Notes under the pieces: generated by a model
What the model was told of the DNA's origin: nothing
Databases searched by the model: none
The model's input: the letters and a program-made list of their open reading frames with translations, nothing else
Shown: piece by piece, positions 57,501-64,000 of the stretch
Layout: the number at the start of each line of letters is the position of its first letter
Position numbering within the stretch: the stretch's first letter is position 1
Assembly: GCA_964019425.1 (NCBI GenBank)
Contig: OZ025789.1
Location: 1,364,001-1,428,000 of the forward strand
From: Flectonema sp. DT1601
Taxonomy: Eukaryota
DNA length: 64,000 nt
Direction: 5' to 3'
Program-made: the position numbers and the translations under genes

Positions 57501-58056
57501 AAGATTAATCCACAGCTGTCTGCGTGACCCTGCAGCAAAGGTGTTGCTGAAGTACCTCTGTCCGAGCAGTGTTTGTCCGGGTGGTGTTTGTGCTGATCCA
57601 TTTGGAGGCGCATCGAAGTGTTTCTCGTTGTTTGACATCAGCGCAGGTAGGATTAGCATCTTGGAAGGGAACACTGCAGAAGGATCAGTTGTTGGCTTTG
57701 AGATCGAAGGGAGTGACGAGGGATTGGTTTCCTCTTATAATGAGAAGCAGCTCCCGGGTGTTGTTTCGATGCACGAGGAATGGCAATCTGCTGGTTACGA
57801 TGGAAGCGAAGACGGTAGCAGCACTGTCAACAGCAGCTTGTTAACAGCCCTTATTGCTACTGTTGCTGCCGTGGTTGGATGTGTGTTGATGGCTGTAGGA
57901 GTTACATTCTACAAAAGAACCCATCAGAATGCCGCTCCCACCGCTGGATCCGTAGAAATTGCATTTGACGGTGACGACGAAGTACTTGCGACTGAAGCCG
58001 ATGCTCTTTCGAAAACAACAACTGCGAATGAGCATGACTACCAGTTTCAAATATAA
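54592..58056 (+). CDS. GH18 chitinase-like protein, copy 6 (2 GH18 domains, 5 stalk repeats)
   Basis: Near-identical paralog; ATG at 54592; one D>E change (LVED). Confidence 0.92.
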   Translation: MMKYLLSFVLLLLTQEGIGSETDRMIAYVGNWQACPTSEQTASYTELLIAFAVTYQWAPGKNTCNTQCVIGSPVPICNNKPNAPLVSQWQSEGKKVILSFGGAGMGGSWSSSVDDCWDYCYGKEDFVVEQLVNIVSVQGFDGVDIDYEYYYENGQKGSSFSKGAEAQKFLREVTQKLRAQLPAGKIVSHAPMDSDMVKGTGYYNVIKSVAGDLDFLMPQYYNGLVRPETAFTSNDQKALTHYTDLVEDVFSGDGTKMTFGFCISDCPGYNTQSSTAVQVVQRMKSHFPCNGGVFFWVANHDTSGLWSKAVAAELGSNCGGNTTPRPPTTSTPTLPTSPPVTTPRPPTTSPPVPSPIGSETDRMIAYVGNWQACPTSEQTASYTELLIAFAVTYQWAPGKNTCNTQCVIGSPVPICNNKPNAPLVSQWQSEGKKVILSFGGAGMGGSWSSSVDDCWDYCYGKEDFVVEQLVNIVSVQGFDGVDIDYEYYYENGQKGSSFSKGAEAQKFLREVTQKLRAQLPAGKIVSHAPMDSDMVKGTGYYNVIKSVAGDLDFLMPQYYNGLVRPETAFTSNDQKALTHYTDLVDDVFSGDGTKMTFGFCISDCPGYNTQSSTAVQVVQRMKSHFPCNGGVFFWVANHDTSGLWSKAVAAELGSNCGGNTTPRPPTTSTPTLPTSPPVTTPRPPTTSPPVPSPTAAVTPRPASGVQCNIWNSCSATPDCCPTGTSCYNQDQHYAQCRPSCPSNWACSNQTPKPPTATPMPPTATNAPVPTPEPTDAPVPTPEPTDAPVPTPEPTDAPVPTPEPTDAPLPTPEPTDAPTPKPTDATPKPTSSAGKTGVHLCSDRIAEWGGCSAAPYCCADGLTCFEQSEWYAQCGKTCSGGSCKDLGKLKDVSELGELGQEAPVCNNCLSWQNNDVYCTGSGGCNTIPNSGTCMAGDSKCFGSSDAAEGARKVITFVLKNGVSAFDRSEFERLIHSCLRDPAAKVLLKYLCPSSVCPGGVCADPFGGASKCFSLFDISAGRISILEGNTAEGSVVGFEIEGSDEGLVSSYNEKQLPGVVSMHEEWQSAGYDGSEDGSSTVNSSLLTALIATVAAVVGCVLMAVGVTFYKRTHQNAAPTAGSVEIAFDGDDEVLATEADALSKTTTANEHDYQFQI

Positions 58057-59205
58057 GTTGGAACCAACACTTGACTAAACTCAGACTAAACACAGTGAAC
58101 AATTATTGTATCTTATCTATCCTCTTATTCCCGATGTGGTGCTGTAGTGTACCGTATCCCGCGATCGAACGAATGAAACCATGCATTCGTGTTTTTTTTT
58201 GGTTTCTTCGTTCCATTTTTACTTAGTTCATTCGCGAACATAAAGAAACAGTAATCAAACTATCCTGAAGTTCTTAACATTTGTTTTTTTTCCCCTCAAT
58301 TTAGTGCTGCCGAGCAACACTTTTGTACAAACGAGAGTGATCCATTATGCACAAGTGTTGCTCAAAAGAGTGTTGTTTCAAAGACTTCAAGGAAATAAGG
58401 ATAAACGAAATAAAGTGGAAAAAATAAAACAATTCCTCGGTGCAATGTTGCGACGTACATATCCTCAAGGAGTAGATCTTTAGTGGATGTCGTCAAACAG
58501 TTATCTGAGTGTTGTTTTCCTCCCATAGCCTTCTTTTTTTTTTCATAGTCTCGCTCACCGCAGACGCGACATAATATTATATCTTTTTGTCGATTATTAC
58601 TTTCTTTTCTTTTTGCAACTGCAGTTTTGTTCATTTTGTGTGAACTCAAGCTTACGGTGACCCCTTCATTGGGTTAGCTGTTTGTTATGTTAATGAAAAT
58701 TTGTTTTCTTTTTTTGGTTTAGCCTTTAACTTTAAGGTAAAAGCAACAAAGTTAACTTCTTATCACTTGGAAACAAGTGACCCTCTCTTTAACTACACTT
58801 TATAGTCTTTCCTCGCTGACAATCTTTCGGTAAATAATCGACAGGCAAGAATGAATCTCGCTGATTCGTGTTTATTCCTGTACAATTTCTCTCTTAATGA
58901 CTAATTCGCATTTGCTTGCTATTCGAGGCAGCAAAATTCATGGTCTTTTTTTCTTCATACACAGCAATATTTTTTTTGTGCTCTCTTAACAGTTTTTTTG
59001 TGCCTTTAACTAACTAACAAACTAACTACACTCTATACTCGTTTCCTTGCTGAAGATTCTTTTCTCTCTCTCTTGCTGTTGCTGTTGAGAACTGTTTTAT
59101 TTTAATTTCCACGTAGTTTGCTTCCTTATGGAACTTGTTTGAATTGAGTGTGCCAAAAAGCATTGTTGTAATTATTGTTTCCAACCCCACAGCTCACTAA
59201 TAAAT

Positions 59206-59271
59206 ATGTCCACCATCACTAAGCTTCACGCCAGAGAGGTAATCGACTCGAGAGGTAACCCAACTGTCGAG
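59206..59271 (+). pseudogene. Enolase exon-1 stub (last unit; proximal upstream AG lost)
   Basis: Same exon and junction as the other stubs, but upstream cacacagtaaatATG has become cactaataaatATG. Confidence 0.92.
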
Positions 59272-60254
59272 GTATGAATGTAATGTTTTTGTGTAGATTT
59301 GATTGCAGGTGATCTCCCCGGTCAAATATGTATCCGAGAGAGGATGATTTCCTTCTTGATTGCATTTCTTTCGTTCTTCCTTTCTTTATCCCGTTTCCCC
59401 GAGAATTATCGAAAAGATTTGGTAACGCTGCAGATTCGTGCCTGGTGATATCTTCTGATACTTTTTTTGTGGTAAGATATTCCGTTTTAAACATTTCTTC
59501 TCTGCAACAGGTGGGGGATTGAGTTGTGTTGACTTTAAAGTTTGAAGTCCTGCTTGTGACGAATGGGGAATTGACCCAATGAGGATATCAATAAAATTTG
59601 GATGTGGGACAATAAAATGATTTACAAAATTACTGTCACTGGGATTACAAGGCGACTAAGAGCTCATCGCATTTGAAATAATGCGAGCGTTTGGAAAGCA
59701 GGATTTTATGATGGTCGATGTTCTTGATCGAATGTCATATTCGTTTAAGAATAATCCTGACATCACTTGTTTTATTGATGCCGATACATTCACTGATTGT
59801 ACAGGAAAGTTCTCTGCGAAATTAAAGTTCTGTTCTAAATTCTGTTCTCATGACTGATCCGCGAAATTACAACACTCGCGCACCAAGAATGAAACACATG
59901 TCTGTTGGGTGGTTGGTAGAAGGAGGGAAAAGTTCTTACAAACAACCCAACCTGCATTTCAAAAATAGATGAAAAAAAAAAAGAAAAAAAAAAACTGGCA
60001 TACAAATGGTATTGCTGGATACGACGTGTATTTTGGCAGCTTAGATAGCTGTCGCTCAGTAGTATTTATTTTATTTGAAAAAAAAAATAATAATAATAAT
60101 AATCTCAGTCCTAAAGCTGACACAGCAAAAATAGAATATTCGATTTCAGAATAATATTAGTTATGCAGTAGTCTAATTTATGGTTTGGATTTAAATTACT
60201 TTTTTTTTTTTTAAATTAGGTTGTTATTTCAACCCTTTAACAACATTGATAACA

Positions 60255-60770
60255 ATGAGTTCAGTTTTACTATTGTCTTCGATGGCTCTTGGCGGTGCTT
60301 CTGATCGCTCTTTAGCAGTTGCACTCGCTGTTGGAGGAGTACTTTTAGCTATAATAATAATATTCATCGCAACAGTGTTACGAGCGAAGAATAACGGTGA
60401 GTATGATGCCACTGCTAGAAGACAGGCAAAACGTCAAAAGCGGTTATTGAGCTTGGCGAGGGGTGCATCAAATATTTCCAATTCAACGCCGCAAGATGTA
60501 AATGTAGTTTTCGAAATGCCACACATTGACAAGCCACCAACTGATGACTGGTATTGTTGTATTTGTTGTGAAGACACTCTAACGGTTGAGCATGATATTG
60601 AGTGTCCTGATTCAAAAGAAAAACCATCTCAACCATTGATCCGTTTCCCTAATTGTGATCACACATTTCACCATTCTTGTTGCCACGATTGGTTTCAAAC
60701 GCTCTCCAAACAGCACAAGCAATTCTCGTGTCCTCTTTGCAGATCAATAGTAGAGAATAATGCTTCTTAA
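60255..60770 (+). CDS. Transmembrane RING-H2 protein (putative E3 ubiquitin ligase)
   Basis: Signal-like N-terminus, TM helix LAVALAVGGVLLAIIIIFIATVL, and C-x2-C...C-x-H-x2-H-x2-C..W...CPLCR. Confidence 0.88.
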   Translation: MSSVLLLSSMALGGASDRSLAVALAVGGVLLAIIIIFIATVLRAKNNGEYDATARRQAKRQKRLLSLARGASNISNSTPQDVNVVFEMPHIDKPPTDDWYCCICCEDTLTVEHDIECPDSKEKPSQPLIRFPNCDHTFHHSCCHDWFQTLSKQHKQFSCPLCRSIVENNAS

Positions 60771-62029
60771 TGTAACTGATTTCTTATTTAAAAACTGTCG
60801 TGGAGTAAGTTGTCTTTTCTGCTTACATAATTATTATAATATTATTCCCTTTTTTTTTTTTTTTTTTCCCCTAAGGAGCCCTTTTCTCTGCTTAAATGAA
60901 TAATTTTTTTTCTTCCGTTTTTTTTGTTTTATGCAGTGTCTCATTGTGAATAATAAAAGTTGATACACAAAAAACGAACTGTTCTTCCTTTGGGCAGAGC
61001 CCTGCGTTGAAAGGGGCCACCACCTTCTTTAGCCGGTTGCTTTGTCACTGATGGAACAGGTGCTACAGTGTCGGACTTTGTATTATCATGTGGGAATCCC
61101 ATCCCAGGATACTGCAGCTTCTATCTAGCTGACTGGATCTGTGATTATTCATAGATTTCAGTTTTATTTTTATTTATTGGTGATTTTTTCTTGTGATTTA
61201 TTGATCTAGTAAACCGCTACCTATAACACAACAAACCATTCAGATTAGCCTATTAGTATATATTTCAATAACCCCAAACTGTCGATGTTCTCCTTCACCA
61301 TGTCCCTGATGAGTTGTTCTCCTCCAGGTTGTCGATGGATGGTAACCTTGCCATCGCTGTGCCGAGCTCTCGTAATCTGGCGTGTGCTTCGTGCGCTTGT
61401 GGAGAGGCGTTAGCCTCTGCTTTGGCCTCCACCAGCTCGCGGTAGTGTTCCCGCTGGTGTACGTGCACTAGTGATAAGTGCTCGGCGATCCCACCAGGCG
61501 TCCACGTCGATCGACGCCACACCGCCCATCAACGGTCCCCTGGTGATTTCTTCCGGCTGATGTTCGTCCTCCTCTTCGATTCCGGGAGCTTGTGTCTGTT
61601 CAGGTGCTGGTGATGGTGCTGACAATTGCAGCACAATATTTGGGTTGACTCCTAGCATAGTTCTTTGTTGAACGCAGACAAAATCCTGTCGCACGGGGAA
61701 AATAAATCATGACCATAAGAAATATCGGCTTTCAATCTGAATAGTTTCTTTTCTCCGACTACGTCGGTACAAAAAAGAAAATTGGCAAAATAAGTTTGTG
61801 AAACGATATTCATTTCTGATGAATACCGTTTCGCAATGAATATTGGTTCATAATCTGATTGTATGTTTGTTTATTTGTTTACCTTTTTTTTTTCATTTAA
61901 TAAGTATTGCAAGAAAGAATAAGAATATTGGGTAAACCTCCTTCAACTTTATCAGTTTATAAGTTGGTTCACGGTTTCGCGCACAAACAAAAACTCACTG
62001 AATGTCGAAACTAAATATCAATTGTCGAG

Positions 62030-62392
62030 GTAGGGTACATCCGGCACCGATACTGTTTCCGATGTGCGGAGACATTCTTCACCTACTGAGGCAAACTGTC
62101 AAAGGGCGAGACCGAATGTCTAAAGGCCTGATTAGGCGTAGACAAAACTAGATAGTTTGCCTCAGGAATGGGTTTGAGCTCCCCATATGTAATGCCCGAT
62201 TTAGAAGGACGGGTCTCCAACAGCTCAGGTCACGTCAGACATACGTTACACGTTACGGTTGACCGCATGGATGACTTGCTGTTCTCAAGAATAACAGGCG
62301 CGTATGAAGTACCTCAAGACGTACCATTACAGACCTTTCTTGGCATCTCTTCAATCCTCTCGGGTTATTACATTGAGGGAACGGTAATACCC
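62030..62392 (+). other. GC-richer, strongly self-complementary non-coding segment (candidate structured RNA or mobile-element part)
   Basis: 15-bp stem 62086-62100/62151-62165 with nested and outer helices, plus further hairpins at 62228-62264 and 62362-62392. Confidence 0.4.
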
Positions 62393-62893
62393 AAACAATA
62401 ACAAAACATACAGTAGAACCGTTTTAACCCGACTTTCCTTTTTTGCCCCCCAAATTAAATTACTCCCAATCGATCGGTCTTGGTGACGGTCTGATTTTGT
62501 TCACGAACTTAGTGATATATTACAATGTTCGCATAGTTTAAGATAAAGCATATTCTTTTTTTTCCTGTCCAAAAACCCAGATGTGCTTCATGTTTATGTT
62601 TGTGGTTGAAGAGAACACTCATTGTCTCTCCTTGCTCTTTCTTTGTTGATTATCTCTTTTTTCTTTTTTTTTTTTTTGCTGTTTGCCATACAGATTCAGA
62701 ATGAAAAAAAAAAAAAAAAGAAAATTAGAGATTTCGCGCCACTCTCTCTTTCCATGTTGTATTCTGCACTTTTTGTGGAACTCAATATTAATTTGTTTGT
62801 CACTTTTTTTTTTTACCTGATGGTAATATTATTATTGTTTATTCCTATTAGTATCAAGAGGTTATCGTACTAATCACCTAACTTCCTTGAGGA

Positions 62894-63932
62894 AGAACCT
62901 ACTGATGCTCCCGTACCAACTCCAGAACGTACTGATGCGACTCCAACGCCAACATCTTCAGCGGGAAAAACAGGTGTGCACCTCTGTTCCGACAGGATTG
63001 CTGAATGGGGAGGGTGCAGTGCTGCCCCGTATTGCTGTGCTGACGGCCTGACATGTTTTGAACAAAGTGAATGGTACGCTCAGTGTGGGAAAACCTGCAG
63101 CGGTGGGAGTTGCAAAGACTTGGGAAAGCTCAAAGACGTGAGCGAGTTGGGTGAATTGGGTCAAGAAGCACCAGTTTGTAATAACTTCCTTTCATGGCAG
63201 AACAATGATGTGTACTGCACTGGTAGTGGAGGTTGTAATACAATTCCAAACTCAGGAACTTGTATGGCGGGAGATTCAAAGTGCTTTGGCAGCAGTGATG
63301 CGGCAGAGGGTGCCAGGAAGGTGATTACTTTCGTGTTGAAGAACGGAGTTTCTGCTTTCGATCGATCGGAATTCGAAAGATTAATCCACAGCTGTCTGCG
63401 TGACCCTGCAGCAAAGGTGTTGCTGAAGTACCTCTGTCCGAGCAGTGTTTGTCCGGGTGGTGTTTGTGCTGATCCATTTGGAGGCGCATCGAAGTGTTTC
63501 TCGTTGTTTGACATCAGCGCAGGTAGGATTAGCATCTTGGAAGGGAACACTGCAGAAGGATCAGTTGTTGGCTTTGAGATCGAAGGGAGTGACGAGGGTT
63601 TGGTTTCCTCTTATAATGAGAAGCAGCTCCCGGGTGTTGTTTCGATGCACGAGGAATGGCAATCTGCTGGTTACGATGGAAGCGAAGACGGTAGCAGCAC
63701 TGTCAACAGCAGCTTGTTAACAGCCCTTATTGCTACTGTTGCTGCCGTGGTTGGATGTGTGTTGATGGCTGTGGGAGTTACATTCTACAAAAGAACCCAT
63801 CAGAATGCCGCTCCCACCGCCGGATCCGTAGAAATTGCATTTGACGGTGACGACGAAGTACTTGCGACTGAAGCCGATGCTCTTTCGAAAACAACAACTG
63901 CGAATGAGCATGACTACCAGTTTCAAATATAA
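62894..63932 (+). pseudogene. 5'-truncated chitinase copy 7 (stalk remnant, second CBM1-like module, juxtamembrane region and TM only)
   Basis: Homology begins abruptly inside the 30-bp repeats. In-frame TAA at 62871, no signal peptide or GH18 domain, a C>F change (CNNF), and 3' homology ends near 63985. Confidence 0.85.
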
Positions 63933-64000
63933 GTTGGAACCAACACTTGACTAAACTCGGACTAAACAAAGTGAACAATTATTCTATCAACACAGTGAAC

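Larger units (their letters stand above)
25976..59554 (+). repeat. Tandem segmental array of 6 units (chitinase + spacer + enolase or enolase stub)
   Basis: Units start at taactgaagttattcaatacag: 25976, 33041, 38429, 42803, 49205, 54554. Coding and spacer DNA are near-identical. Unique sequence resumes near 59555. Confidence 0.97.

Noticed and set aside
62018..62032. attgtcgagg resembling the 3' motif of HEARO/IscB omega-RNAs
   Set aside because: A short match expected by chance, with no IscB, TnpB or Fanzor ORF in the window.
1..64000. tRNA, rRNA, spliced-leader RNA or telomeric arrays
   Set aside because: No recognisable signatures found by eye; a covariance-model scan would be needed to exclude small RNAs.

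Overview
Eukaryotic nuclear DNA, most likely from a euglenozoan with spliceosomal introns (diplonemid-like, by inference). It carries a KMP-11 gene, every credible gene is on the + strand, starts are preceded by T-rich AG acceptors typical of SL trans-splicing, and eight short GT-AG introns (59-102 nt, all GTATG...AACAG) can be reconstructed by hand. The first 25 kb holds single-copy genes: a PAN/apple-repeat secreted protein, KMP-11, a CCDC151/ODA-DC1-like protein, a 2-oxoglutarate/malate carrier, a PAN+GH2 glycosidase, a divergent mitochondrial Hsp70 and several hypotheticals. AT-rich tracts between them contain degenerate repeats and two related hammerhead-ribozyme-like motifs. Positions 26-59.5 kb are a young tandem array of six membrane-anchored GH18 chitinase-like genes. 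The copies differ in GH18 domain number (2,2,1,3,2,2) and Pro/Thr stalk length (13,6,6,6,5,5 repeats). The amplified unit included the neighbouring enolase, which is intact once and cut to the same exon-1 stub in the other five units. The window ends with a TM RING-H2 gene, a strongly self-complementary ~360-nt segment and a 5'-truncated seventh chitinase copy. All calls come from reading motifs by eye; no searches or folding programs were run.
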